Source of the DNA: Monocercomonoides exilis PA203
Taxonomy: Eukaryota; Protista; Preaxostyla
Assembly (NCBI GenBank): GCA_001643675.2
Contig: LSRY02000002.1
Coordinates: forward strand, 1,860,001 to 1,924,000
Reading direction: 5' to 3'
Length of the DNA: 64,000 nucleotides
The position numbers and the translations under genes are program-made. Under the pieces are notes generated by a model, which was not told the DNA's origin, ran no database searches, and was given only the letters and a program-made list of their open reading frames with translations. Numbering within the stretch: position 1 is the first letter of the stretch; each line of letters starts with the position of its first letter. Positions 52,301 through 63,800 of the stretch are shown here, piece by piece.

Positions 52301-52565
52301 GAAATTGAAGCAAAAAGTTCTGTCTGTCACAAAAACGATTAGAAGCACAGTCGATTGGCTGAAGGCAAATAGTGAAGGATGTCGAATGGATGTTGCAAGC
52401 GGAAATAACAATAATAACCCTATTGAACCCAATGCTACTTCACCACAGTCAAAACGAGTTCCGCTTCCATTTGTTGAAATTCCCCCACAAGTTATGGATC
52501 AAATTTCTTTGATTGAACAATGCAATTGGTGTTCATCGCTTCTTGAAACATATCAGATAAGTTGA
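46338..52565 (+). CDS. ELP1: Elongator complex protein 1 (IKI3/IKAP), expanded to 2075 aa
   Basis: AWRP, SNGRWYLKHE, VDGD.V..THF.QQVSPPP, REVERGSRLIAVV...MQMPRGNLETVHP and LGSYDL...QTDPAE motifs. Confidence 0.92.
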   Translation: MKNISVILEEFIKLLDLSEKVLFTTIGPAESHFIYVVTKSRIIQLKPEFKSNCKGNTKIIGSFELPKNSTQPISLEWVDDMEEFTFFDESGHFFVSHTLAEWELRGKIPVPSGKLQGEKNKVITTKWSTGEPVCAAVTRSGKVIIINGEGEVMKTTSLVSPTTIEGSIPLIHDAHIVWTDDRSSLAVSFRTEEKTNDQFSSVSIPKISILDYKWRVACPSPFPCSGFPCAWRPNRSTLTCIEDLRQADPSTSPKSSYQTPYQIVCSMASSFTWEGRPPPPKPSTYAPSRTSLAVDELESKDKADNSSTSTSSLSSSSSSSPASLLNVLLVGDTGRVQDGFGVYHQSKMGEVVSVAWARSTTDSSDLLALLAEKKKLEEKKDEQTEIEKGDEKEEEKEIEAKTESEKEYILQLYSTSNGRWYLKHETDISLPTPSHSSPSSSPSSPSSSSDVSSSSSITSQTFKPSLSFVTDPLFITSAFNNEMFGALCHLRILSTSSLLGMQLLVSVDSNSDGVTAVVDGDLVHTTHFAQQVSPPPIFAYTTLFGDLKELKSGDGLTIQQCPQSAAVKAVSFNKARKALLRVCGEKKWECLNPTIPLQKKKLFKLNPFAVLTQDGIRVSTHPHILLPFPSKFGESRKIAENLPLLSHFCWFSECSFLLATSYPQHALFVVSYSPSLNNSTESSSSASSASSASSQSDEQLPIVSVTEFVLSSPVVNISEVSVLSQVASQKNIPSESNTSASSSASSSSSVDSSALPSETSVLQHIAAAVHLMDGSIYSLAAVASMSLSTSCEKKKAIYLTKETPFSVQSHKLSQINLSSLPFSAPPSRSIMLISSSKHQFSDCNTTEVTKAKQADQNSRSSTKFDEPALLQMEKGTETWIVTHSASTSGDVFVNGQLVISGIGSIAPHFFDTSDSEHKLQTLVMITLRNQMRFLPLLPTDSAFSASSSSSSSSSSSSSLFSLSRLPPFGPYPQLIPYVREVERGSRLIAVVGNSTRCVMQMPRGNLETVHPHPLLMHAILLLLLAQSQERGRQYIDALLLAKQHRFPPPIIADADPRQFVQSLPSFLRAMGEYEEHRAHSTTQPPSTSSSTTQFVLSTLLSSLTLPDALSHSEEKHGTLPPDVGMLMRERKKSEEKVMEKKKDKMQKQKGGKGQRVEETDRNVDDPMESDSVWEALINEHKSIFTFQPSHYNIFSPLDSTASTKSASLLDALVIPHFLSDTHVPLTKANLLLLLIANQLLAICKKSLSASLQFYSSSSSASASSSADAPSNDILSPFVLRHHLLCLVECLCRIDSPQYESVFVLLHSVSSYLDAFSALTTRKSSSSSSSSSSSFSFLPSLSSFQHTLTNIRASMLSQALFLCGSADVLFTFCLGSYDLPLTQEISSHTQTDPAEHLLLYDEIRRNAVERVKENKEEREKWMKMHSIGKENESAENKTKESQCEKGGDLVESSLSVLESDENELEWRIQIDQKLSKLKHTLWNLFLVMLNEDRGFAALNEKKEKEKETGNLCETPSFIRLRSFADEWDLHDEAIMLFRTPLTSLLSSSSSSSSSSSSSSASSSLSDSFLFFKHSMHLSLPRLNSLLSLSALHRISLGDTSLSPSMTLLQLSQTEEAVNALISGLHWKEAVIVAKARIWHSLVENKRDSQDKTGRNDGSFESNSSQSNGKNVPFTPADCLKLCRKLSQRLEDAGRFADAAEVELKCTASEEQLVAAKEAAEGDSKAKDNKEEKNEADDEAKNNDDEYGGFFGFGEGDYDDGEEEQSKQSSESASSSLLERHRRIIQLYQQGHVWDEGILLLPLPSSSSSSSSSSSSSVLSIWSLFFGALQQHVSDVLTSLDETVSQVQTSHKKMENLQAFMSGEIAPTTPLKRGRGGGAAGKAAGRGKGWGKDGSWDNQTRQTSSSSYTNREKGEGEGEGEEKEFQFDVRHGHDGGEDRHKHKRSSREQRQLVTMVETLAGQVPKMQWLKGEVEELIRILILTQQVGLAQKLKQKVLSVTKTIRSTVDWLKANSEGCRMDVASGNNNNNPIEPNATSPQSKRVPLPFVEIPPQVMDQISLIEQCNWCSSLLETYQIS

Positions 52566-52685
52566 ATTTTTTATATCTTCAATTTTTATTGTGGACAATG
52601 CTGATCCGAAAAGATCAAATTTAAATTTGAATTAATTTTTAACTCGAGAATTTTCAATTTATAAAATATTTTGCTTTTTAGTTTT

Positions 52686-53795
52686 ATGTTATCTGTTGAA
52701 GATATTCCTCCTCATGATTCAAACAAACTCCCCTTTTTACAAACAAAAGGAGATGACCGTTTTTCTTCAAATCAATCTTCTGAAAATTATTCTGAATTTT
52801 ATCTGAAAACTTCAAAACCACTTCAAAGCACACCACTTCATAATCGTTCATCTTTAAAATTAGAAGATTTAGAAAGAAGTTTAATGGAATCATGCAAAAG
52901 ATCAGAAATTCATGGAAAAAAAATCCTCGAAGCTCAGGAACAGACAGTTGCATCACTAAAACTACGCCATGAAAAGAAAATGCACGAAAAGGATACGAAA
53001 ATATCGTCACTGAAGCACGAATTGCAGGAATCGAAAAATATAATTGCGACTTCAGAACAAAGAATCAAAGAGCTCGAGGATTTGACGTCAAAATTGCAAA
53101 AAGAAAACAAAGATCTTGAAATTCAAATTCTCGAAACAAAAAAGTTATCTGATAAAGAAATAGAAAGCAAAGACAAAGAAATAGAAAGCAAAGAAAAATT
53201 AATTCAAACTTTCCATGAAAAAGCTGAAGAAGAAAAGCATAAATTTTCAGCAAAAGAAAATGAAGTGGAAAAACTTCAACATGATCTTGAGTTATGCAAA
53301 GATAAACTACGAAGCCAGATTGATGACTTGGAACGCAAATCCAAAATAATTCAAGAACTCCAATCTTCACATGATGCATCTACGAGGGATTTTGACTCAA
53401 AGATTGAGGAATATAAAACCGAGATTGATATTTTAAAAACGAATTTATTTGTTTCAATTTGCATAACACTCAAACTACAATCATTAGACGGTTTGTCTTC
53501 TTTTGTAATTTCATTTGTTTGAATTATCATTTCGTTCAACGTATGCCTAGCATCAAATTGTATCATAAATACGCCAGAGTCATTAGCTCATTGTATGAAT
53601 CTTCCCCTAGATGAGTGGCCGATATATTTATGCGAAGAACTCGAGCGCCAAATCAAACAACGCAAAGACAGATTCGAAGAAAGCCAAAAGATGCATCAAA
53701 GCTTTGTAGAAGGCGGCTGCGTTGCTGTTAGTTTGGATGATGATGATTCACTTTATGATGAAGCTCAAAGCCTTTTAAAGCAATTTATTAGATAG
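52686..53795 (+). CDS. Coiled-coil hypothetical protein (2 exons)
   Basis: Heptad-rich K/E ORF; a phase-0 intron (~53451-53579) joins it to the 53595-53795 frame. Confidence 0.65.
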
Positions 53796-54038
53796 CTTTA
53801 CAGAGACTTCCAGAAGAAATGTTATATTTGTAGTTTTTTCTTTTCTTTTTCTTTTTCGTTTCAAACAAAAAAAAAAATACGATTAAAAGGAAAAAAAAAT
53901 GTGAGAAATATGCAACCTAGAAATGAAAACAGCAAAGCCACTATTTTTTAAAAAAGATCACTGATTGCCTCTATTTCTACAAATACAATGTGCAATTAGT
54001 ATTAGTTTTGTTAAATAACAATTGTTGATAACGTTCAA

Positions 54039-55781
54039 CTATTTTTTGGCACCTTTCTGCGACTGCCTATGCTTCAGTGCAAGTTGAGCGAAATGAGCTT
54101 GAGAAGTAGCTGGCACACGCACAGGTGCTGGCGTTGCTTTAATAACAGTCTGCTGAGGAGGTATTGCCATTGGAGGCGAGTCGGTGGTGGGAGATGAAGT
54201 TGGTAAAAGTTGGTTTTTCTCATCGCTTTCTTCGAGTTGTTCAGATTCAGACGGAGACGGTTCTGGAGTTGGAGTACCGAGTGGTGGAGATAAGGGTGGT
54301 GTTTCTGTTGACTCTACAAACTCAGATGATTGTTGATCGTCCCGAAGAGAGTCTTCGTCTACTTCTCCTGGCGAACTTGCCATTGGTAATGTCTGTGCAG
54401 TAAGTGACCTGAGAGTTCCGCCGCCAATTGAATCCATTGATGCTGAACGAGAAAGCTCTGGCTCTTCGTCTTTTGTTTCCGCTTCTTCTAAATGAATCTC
54501 TTCATTGCCTGTTGCATCACTGATTTGTTGCCGTTCGTTTGTTTGCGTTGTTTCTTGTTGAAGTGTATCAGTTGACGATTCGTTTTTGGATTCTTGTTCA
54601 GATTCTTTCTGAGAAATGAGAGCAAATGGCGATTCGAACAGTGCAGATTCCGATGGAAGAGGAACAGAAACTGCTTCGGAAGATTTTATCGCCGTTGATG
54701 GTGCTTCTTGCTGCAATGCAGAAGGTGAAATAGAGTCAGCCAATGTTTGCTGAGGAGAGTTATTAAAATCGTTTGATGATGAAGAAGTGCTGATTTCATT
54801 GTCGGATAATTTTTGTTTATCATCATTTTTAATGTTTTCATTTTCATTTTCACTTTTTGTTATTAAATCAGAATTATTTATCCTCGCAACGGCTTTCCAC
54901 AATTGAAAGCCATGCGTTTTCAATTTTTTCGTAATATTCGTAATTCTTTGAAGAACTTTTTGGAATTTTTCCTTTTTAATAGCTTTTTTTGATTCCTGTT
55001 CCTCATCAATAGCGTCCATTTCTTTTTCCTTTGACTTTCTATCATTGCCCAACAATGAAGGTGGTGCATCATGCTCATGTGGAACTGTAACGGAAAAAAA
55101 TGGTGAAGTAAAAACGTCTCCGCTTTCAGTATCATACACTTCAAAAAGTGGTTTTGTTGGAGGATATGCTTTTTCAAAGTAATGAAGTGCTGGAGAAGGA
55201 ACATTTTTTAGTAATTCCCATCCCCGCTTTCCGAGAACAATTGTATACACAAGACCAGAGAGCCACAATTTTAGTAAAAAAAAGCACCAATCTCGCAATT
55301 TTGCCATCTTGTCATGCCTTTCCTGCAGTTGATTTGAAATTTCTCTGAATCCAGTTGAAAGCGCCGTTGTCAATGTCTTATTTTCGTTTCCAATCAAAAG
55401 AGCTCTATTACTTTGTGTTCTAACATCAAGAAGCTCTTCCTTCAACGCGTTATTTAAATCTCCTCTGAAAGAACCAAAAAAAATATTATTCGAATTGTTA
55501 CATTCATTTTTTTACAAACATTTCACTTAAAAATTCTTGGCGAATATTTGAGTTTTGTTCATCGATGTAATGAGTTAATTTATGTTCTAATTCTTCCAAT
55601 TTACGAGTTAATTGTTCGTTTTGCATGCGCAACGAATCTAATTCTTCCTAAAAATGTTATCTTCAACTTTTAGCGAAATAACTATAAAGACTTTGCAAAC
55701 CCTATATCTCTCATCCATTGCTGTAACTGTTCTATATAGAGATTGAGAAGATGAAGGCTGATCAAAAGTATCACGCCTCAT
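54039..55781 (-). CDS. Hypothetical protein, N-terminal coiled coil, acidic/Pro-rich C-terminus (3 exons)
   Basis: 468-codon ORF plus two upstream exons (MRRDTFDQPSSSQ..., EELDSLRMQNEQL...) with GT-AG boundaries. Confidence 0.65.
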
Positions 55782-56388
55782 TTTAGGGTCAAGAAAAAAA
55801 TAAACTTTGCAAAATTAATATTTTTATGATGGGCTTGAAATGAGAATGAAAATTTATAAACTGTCAGTCGAAATGAAAATTCTCACTGCAAATACTTTGA
55901 TAAATGAAAATAACGAGGTTATTCAGATCATCTTTTGAAAGTCACATTTTATTTTTCCTTCTTTTTCATATTTTGTTATCATATAAATAATAGGTTATTG
56001 TTCTTTTCTCAATTTCTTTTATAAATGCAGTTAAATTTAGCAATACTGACTTTGAAAAATATTTTATTCATTATTAAAATGCAAGCATTAATTTGGGAAG
56101 CATCATTTTTAATCTTTTCCTTTGAAAAAATAAATGTAATAATTAAATAAAAATGTTTTTATTATATTCTAAAACTACTTACGCCAACCCATATAATTAC
56201 GCAAAAATCAATATTAAAATTTGTTAATTTAGAAACGAAATACAATAAATATCTAAAAAATGTCTTTTCGTCAATTCATGAAATAAGCCTTTTCAAATTG
56301 GCTTAATAAAGTTCATGAATTAATAACAGAAATCTTCATTGATTTTTCTCCTTTGCACCAATCCGAATCTTTATGTTTTCACATACAA

Positions 56389-57465
56389 TCATTCGTCACT
56401 TTTTTTCTGCTGAAGCTCCCGTTGGAGTCTAAGCGTATATTCCAAAGTAATACGTGATGACGCGGTTGCTCTTGGATTTGCTTTCAATTCTTCCAATTGT
56501 TTCTCAAGTGTTGGTATGTCGAGAACAGGGTTTTGATCAATCATCCGCAACACTTTTGCTGGATTTCCTCCAACAACAGCATCAGCAGGCACATCCCGCG
56601 TAACAACAGATCCCGCGCCGACCACCGCACGCTCACCAACTGTTACACCAGGTAATATAATACTTCCTGCGCCAATCCATGCACCTTTTTTAATTGTGAT
56701 TGGCAGAGCAAATTCAAGTCCAAGATGCTCTCCTACAACTTGTCTTCGTTCTTCTTCCCTGACCGGATGGCTTGCAGTATAAAGACCCACATTTGGTCCC
56801 AACATCACATTTTCCTCAATTGTAATTGGAGCACAATCCAAAAACACAGCCCCCATGTTCACAAAAGTGTTTTTTCCGATATAAGTGAAACATCCATAAT
56901 CACAGCATAACGGAGGAATTATTGTTGCTCCAGTTTCGTATGCTCCCAAATATTTCCGTAGTAATTGATCTATTTTCTCACGTTTTTCGTCTCCCTGTAC
57001 ATGTTTGGAAATGTTGGATTACGCATTTCAGAGTTAACAAAAAGACAAATTTTCATATAATAATCACAATCATTAATTTTTTTTAATAAAATTTACAATA
57101 TTCACACTGTTTTTGTCATATCTGTCATAACTCCATTCAACTAAAATTTTTTCAACAAGAAATGCCGTGTATTATTAATTTTTGTTACTTCATGAAACAG
57201 ACAAAAATAAAATCAGTAACCTGTGGTAAAAACTCAAGTGAGCAACGATTTCTCAATTTCACTAATTCCTCATCGAAACTAAACAAACACTGTTTTGATA
57301 AAAAACTTTTTGAGAAAAACAGTCAAACCCACTGTACATCTCCCCTGAAAGCATCAGCTCTTTGTTGCTTTTCTACAACGAAAGCAAAAAATAAATATTT
57401 TTGAAAATTAGTTGTGATACAGTTGTTTGTTCTCACACTTTTGAACCCTCAGTAGACTGTGACAT
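56389..57465 (-). CDS. maa: Maltose/galactoside O-acetyltransferase (hexapeptide-repeat family), ~5 exons
   Basis: Spliced N-terminus KELMLSGEMYSGFDEELVKLR (Mac domain), then PPLCCDYG, FVNMGAVFLDCAPITI, GPNVGLYTASHP, WIGAGSIILPGVTVG and GAGSVVTRDVP...GGNPAKV. Confidence 0.92.
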
Positions 57466-57813
57466 TTCTTCAAAGCAAATTTTTCACTTAGATCATTACC
57501 TTTTTTTTAAGTTTCATCATATGATTGAAATTCATTATTGTCTTTGGCATATTTTCAAATGACTGATAAAGCTTTGAATTTTTTTATTGAATTTTTTATT
57601 TTCAAATTGTATTTTTGTCTAAGAAATTTTATTTTCATCATCAAAAAAAAAAAAAAATTGTTTTGACTATTATTGAACAAAAAAAGCAAAAAAAATTACT
57701 TTTAAAGGAGGATGAGATATTTTGCTTATCTTTCACATTTATCTTTGTTAAAGTTTATTTCTTTTCAAAATTGTAGATCAAAGTTAATATATTTTTTTTA
57801 AGTCGTTATAATC

Positions 57814-60800
57814 ATGTTTTTTTATTTTTTATTTTCTTGTATTTTAACAACTGATGCTTTTGCAGAAACATGGAGATGTTTGAACGCATTTTTATATTAT
57901 TTTTTGGAGTAATATTTTTTATATTTACGCTTCTTTTTAGCCACACTTCATTCTTCATTTGCAGATTCGATTGTTGATAAGTTATATCACATTATGAGAC
58001 AAATCCCATCAGGAACACTTCACAATATAAAATTATACAAAAACACTAGTGAAATATTATCCAACCTGGAAAATAATTCTCTGAATATTGCACAACCACA
58101 TTATGCAACAAATATAACTGAAGAATTTATTTTTGTTTGCTATTCTCAATTATTTTCCATTTTAATAAAGTTTCTTTAGGCAATTATCATATCTCTTACT
58201 CCTGTCTATGTTTTATGGATCGTCCATTTAATTTTTGGTTGTGGAGCGATATGCGGAAACTGTTGTGGTTGCTGTGATGTAGAAGATGCTTCAAATCCTT
58301 GCTGCGCATCGATTCTATGGGACAATGGTCCGAAGAAGTGTTGGATTATTATATCAAAAATACTCTACGCGATTTTAACGTTATTTGTAATGTGTGATAT
58401 TTTTATTCGAAAAATATTTAACTGACTTTTCTTTCTTTCTTTTTCTTCCTTTCTTTTTTTGAATGAAATATACTTTAAATGTATTTATATGATTCCCTCG
58501 ATAGTGCATCAGCGATTCTTTGCGCTGTTGGTTTGATTTGCTTTCCTGTTGATCTACAAAAATTCGAAAAGGGATTGAATCTTCTAAAAGAGCCTGTCTC
58601 AAAATTAAATAGTACCTTCAACGACTTACCTTATGGTTTGAGTTTTTATTTGTTTTTTTAAAGAGTATTAATTGTTATTTTTCTTAAACAACTTTAAAAT
58701 GCAGAATTTCGACCAATGGCGGAAGCTCTTGAGACGAGGCTTGCTCCCTATGTCAACACCTCATCTACTTCTTCAATTAAGTGGCATTCAACGACCAAGC
58801 TTGCAAACCCATTTAAAGATCATTTTCTCCTTTCTCCGTCTGAATGGCCGCATCAATTGTATGAACATTTGAAAGAAATAAGGAAAAATTAAGGAAAAAA
58901 AAAGCAAACTCATAAAAGGAAAGTGAAGAATGATCGAAGAAGAATTCACTATCTATTTTTCTCCTTATTTATTTGTTTTTTTAATTTTATTGTTTATTAT
59001 CTTGTATTCATTATTACTATAATCAAAATAATAATCATAACTTTTTATCTCAGCTTTGGATTTCTTGATCATATCTTTTTAGACAACGAGAAGTTTACAT
59101 CTTTATATTTTCCTACAAACAGCTCACAGCCAACTCCGAAGAATCCGCTTGATTTTTTAAGTCTTTTCCAACCAATTAAATCTGTTAATAATGATTTTTA
59201 TGTATGTGTGAGAAGGGAAAAGAGAATGAATATATCATTTGTTTTTGGAAATTCAAATATTTTCCGATGTTTTAATGTTTTTATCGATTTCTTTGGTGCA
59301 ATTTCATCTATCATAAATTGTTTTCATTTTTTTCGAACCATCTAATTGTTTTGCTTAAACAGTGTAATTTCAGTTCCTATTATGGCATTCTTAGCATGAA
59401 TATAAGTGGCTCCATTCAAAATCCTCAGGCATTTACTGATTTATACAAAGCTGCATCTGAAAGGAACAGCTCAGTTGATTTTGTACGAGATGTTGAAGAA
59501 ACTCATGCAATATATCGCACTGCTGTTGACTGGTACAACGAACGGTTTCTTGGGATGGAAAAGAAACTGCAACAGCTGAAGAATACAATCAATTCATTCG
59601 ATCGCATTTTTCACGTCAACTATCCGTATGAGCAGCAGATAGACGAAATAATTACAGAATACAAAAATGAGCTGGATGCAAGATTTGGTGCTTATAACTT
59701 GAATACAAACATTGAACTCCTATCAAATTATGAAACTGCGTTAAAGAGTTCAACCGATTTTTTGACATATGCTTCTGTCATCGCATATCGCGCTTCGTGT
59801 GCTGGTTCTTATATTTCAGATATTCCGATACGAAATGTGTCTTGCAACAGACTGTATTCTATTTACACTGAGCACAACTTTTCTTCTTACACCGGCGTGC
59901 ACAGCTGCTACAACGCGTCTCCATTTGACAGCTGGATTATCAATCAGCTCGAGGATGCAATGAACGCTAGCAGTCACTTTGAGCTGAATTCGGGCTGTAC
60001 CGACAACCGCTGCAGCGGACCCGAGGCTTTTAGAAAGGTGAAAGAAGCAATTAGAGATTTTGAGAATTGGGTGAGCCAAGGGAGCGCTCTATGGAATGAC
60101 CTGTCAGAGAGAATGGACAAGATAATAGAGCCACTAACAGACTCGTGGGAAAGGATGATGTATCTTTGCTGGTCGTTGAAAGCAGTTCCAGAGCTATCTG
60201 CGATGTCGGTTGATATCGTTGCACAATTGGCCGTTGATAAGATTACGTCTTTTCAACGTGAGTGCAGCGTATACCAGTGGATATGGATTGTCGTTTGCAG
60301 CGTTTTAGCCTCGCTCTGCTTGTTGTATGCGATCGTGCTAATGATCCATGTGTTCGTTGTGTTTTGTGCCAAGCGTGAATGCTGCTTGCATTGCACGATG
60401 AATTGTTCGTTTTTTTTCACGATTTTGGTTGGGTCATTGCTGAGTTTTTGCTGCATATTTGCATTTTTGTGTTTGGAAATTCCTTCTGGGGTGTTGAACG
60501 ACACAGAGAATGTGCTCCAATCCCCTGCTATTTTGACTCCAGTAAACGATTATCTGTTGACTGGAGAGTGGAGAAACACACAAGAAATACACGAATGCTT
60601 GGCAAAGGTGAAAAAAGAAAGTGAAAGAGAGATTATTTATTATTATGCAGATCCTGCTTTATATTTCTGGCAATACAGACCTCAAACTTGCAGTGAAAAT
60701 ACAACGTCTGAAAGTTGCTGGCCATTCAATTATCAAACTTATATTCGGAACTCATATACAAACGGATACACACAACTGATGAGCACACTTTACCCCAATA

Positions 60801-63800
60801 GTGCGTATACAAACTGGGGGTATCAAAGCATCTATATGGGAGAGCTAGATAAGACCATCTACACAGACTATATTAACAGAAAAAATGATATTCGGCTTTC
60901 CAAACTCAACTCATTGAGAACAGAAGAAATGATGCCCCAAGGCGGCAATGAATCATTTACAGAATATCCCTCTCCCGAAATATACAGCGCCCCTGAAGAT
61001 TATGCTTTTGACTCAAACGGAACGAATGTGCAATTGCAATCTGTTTTGTCGCAGAAATCTTTGAGAAACTCTTTTTCTCGTTCGCAGACACATTTGCGCA
61101 GTAATATTTCATTTTTAGATGCGAATAAAGCAACGAGTTATTCACTTCACAATCAATCCAATTTTTCTTCGACACATACTCAGCACAAGTTAGCTGCTTA
61201 TGAGAATTATTATCAGCTCCGTCAGCCTGTCTTTATGGACAATCTTCCTCCTTCTTTCTGCTATCCATATTTTGTTTACCGCTTCAACCGAAGCTCTACT
61301 TTGAGAACTCTTCCTCCTACAGTTAATTTCTTTATTATAAGGCGCTATCCACCTTATTTCAGTAAAAATAGAAATGAAATGGCAAATATCATTTCGAATG
61401 AAACTATTTCCCATGAGAAAAAAGGCACAACTGAAAGAAATAATGCAAAGTTTAGTTCAATTGTTAGAAAGAAAAATATTCTAACTGAACAAGATTCTTT
61501 TCGTACACACTTTAACCATAAAAATTATGTTGATTTGGATAAAACCATATTTCCTCAGCTTTCAAAATTAAATCATTCAACAGAACGTTCTTATTCATCG
61601 TCTTCTAATACTTCCTTTGATGGACGGGTATTTTCTTTGATATCATTCAATCATACATTTCTCTCTGATCTTTTGCTTTACTTAGCAAAATCTGAGAACA
61701 ATAACAACAACAACCCTCTCCTTTCTGGCCTTTATGCTAATGCGAATGCATCGATTAACGTGCTTTACAATACTTTTGTGGCAAAACAGAAAACCAATGT
61801 GCTTCATCCAAACGTGACATTAGGAGATGATTTGAGCGATATGGACTGGATTGTCAGCAATATCAATCAATCTCTATCTGTACTAACAGGATATATGGGA
61901 CATTTCATTGAAGATACAAAGCTACAGGAGATGTATCAAAAAGTGATTTTGCAGGGCTTTGTGAAGTTTCCTCTCCATGTTGGGAACTTGCTCATTGGAG
62001 TGGTGGCTATGCTAATGCTCACCATATTCACACATATTCTTCTTCTTCAGGGAAAGACATACTGGGTGCGATATTCTAAAGAATGGCTCAGAGAATATGA
62101 AAAATACAGAGTGCTCAAAAACGTAGAAATTATCGACGTGGATGAAGAAAAGCTCCTTAATGCCAAAAGGCAAAAAGCGATTGAAGAAAGGGATCGTCAC
62201 ATGGATGAAATTAGAAACAGTGTGCTCAAACAAAACGCTGCAATGTCACAAAGATCTTCTTCCTCCTCTTCCTCTTCTTCCTCCTCTTCCTCCTCCTCAT
62301 CATCATTAAGCTCTGCGCCAAGTTCAAGAGGCACCAAAAGAGTCATCATTTTGCCGAATGCAGTGACTCAGCCATCATCAGCAGCAAAGGCTCAGCAAGA
62401 GCAGCAGAAGATCCAGCAGCTTCAGCGCCAAGTGCAAGAAATGCAGCAGACACAGCTGGCATCTTCTCTGCAGCACCAGCGCGAGATGACTGCACTCACA
62501 CACACACTCACAGCTGCCGTTGCTGCCAAGCGGATGCAACAACCAATCAACCCACTTGCTTCCTCGGCCACTTCCTTCCCTCCTGCGGCCATGATGCCTC
62601 AGCCTTATCCTGTTCCTTCCACTGCCATGCAGATGCAGCCTGCTCCAATGGCTATGCAATACCCGCAGGCTATGCCCATTGGGCCAGCACCTTCATTAAT
62701 TGCATCACCATCAAGGGGACAGTTGATCTCTCAGCCACAACCACAGCTACAACCACAGCCACAGCCATATGAATTCCAGGGGATTGTTCGAGACTTTGGG
62801 AAGGATAGAGAACGCAGAGAGGTTGAGGAGATGAGTGAGATGATGCAGACGATGGAGCATGTTCAGATGGGAAGCCCACTGAAACAGAGAGTGTTACTGA
62901 AAGCTCAGGCTGCTGGGAGGTTTGCAAATGCAAAAGCCAAAAAGCAAATGAAGGAGGATTCTAGAGATGAAGAAAGGACAAAAGAAAGAAAAAAGAATAA
63001 TAATGAAAAGAGAACAGCATTTGCATCAGAATATGAAAGAGGAGACTGTTCAGAAGCAGATACTAATGAGGATGAAGATGAAGAAGATGAAGAGGAAGTT
63101 GAGGAGAAAGAAGTCATAAAGAAGAATGCAAAGGACACAGGAAAACAAGGTGAAAAAGGTAAAAGTAAAGCAGTTAGTATTGGCATTGCAGATGGAGATG
63201 ATGAAGAAGAGGATGAGGATGAGGATGAAGAGGAAGAAGAAGAGACTACAAAAAGTCAATTGAACCAAAAAGCAAAAACGATATCCGTTCAGAAAAAGGA
63301 AACGGTCTCTCCAACGCCAGAAGTCAACCAGACACCTTTTTCACAGCAAAGAGGAGGTAATACTAGTGATACGCCATATACTCCTCCTTCGTTGTCCAGC
63401 TCCTTCAACGCAAGTAGGTCGATGCTTTCGACCCCTGCGACAGCTTCTTTGAGCAGATCGGAGCAGCTGTCTCCTGCTTTGTCAGACACTTGCTCTTCGA
63501 TGCTGATCACTTCAACGTATAATCCACTATCTTCTCCATCTTCCTCAAAAGGAAAAAGTCGGAATTCAAATAGACTGGCTATGGAGTCTGTGACTGAAGA
63601 TATCGAGTTTGATAACGATGATGATAGCATTAGTGAGAATTTGCCTGGCAAAAGGAAAGCTAGCAAACGAAAAAGAAAAAACAAAGGAAAAAATACATCA
63701 GAAACGCAACTTGAAAAATTGAAGAAAGAAGACATTGAAGATGACATTGAAGTGGAAGTCATTCCAGAAATGGCTAAAGCTGAGAAAGAAGTGGAAAAGA

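Noticed and set aside
2656-52565. Apparent cluster of histone/RNA genes (LSm7, RBBP4, SLBP, CDK7, HMG, ELP1) or trafficking genes (WDR44, EHD, SH3-PH)
   Set aside because: They are interspersed with unrelated genes and belong to large functional classes. There is no evidence of co-regulation.
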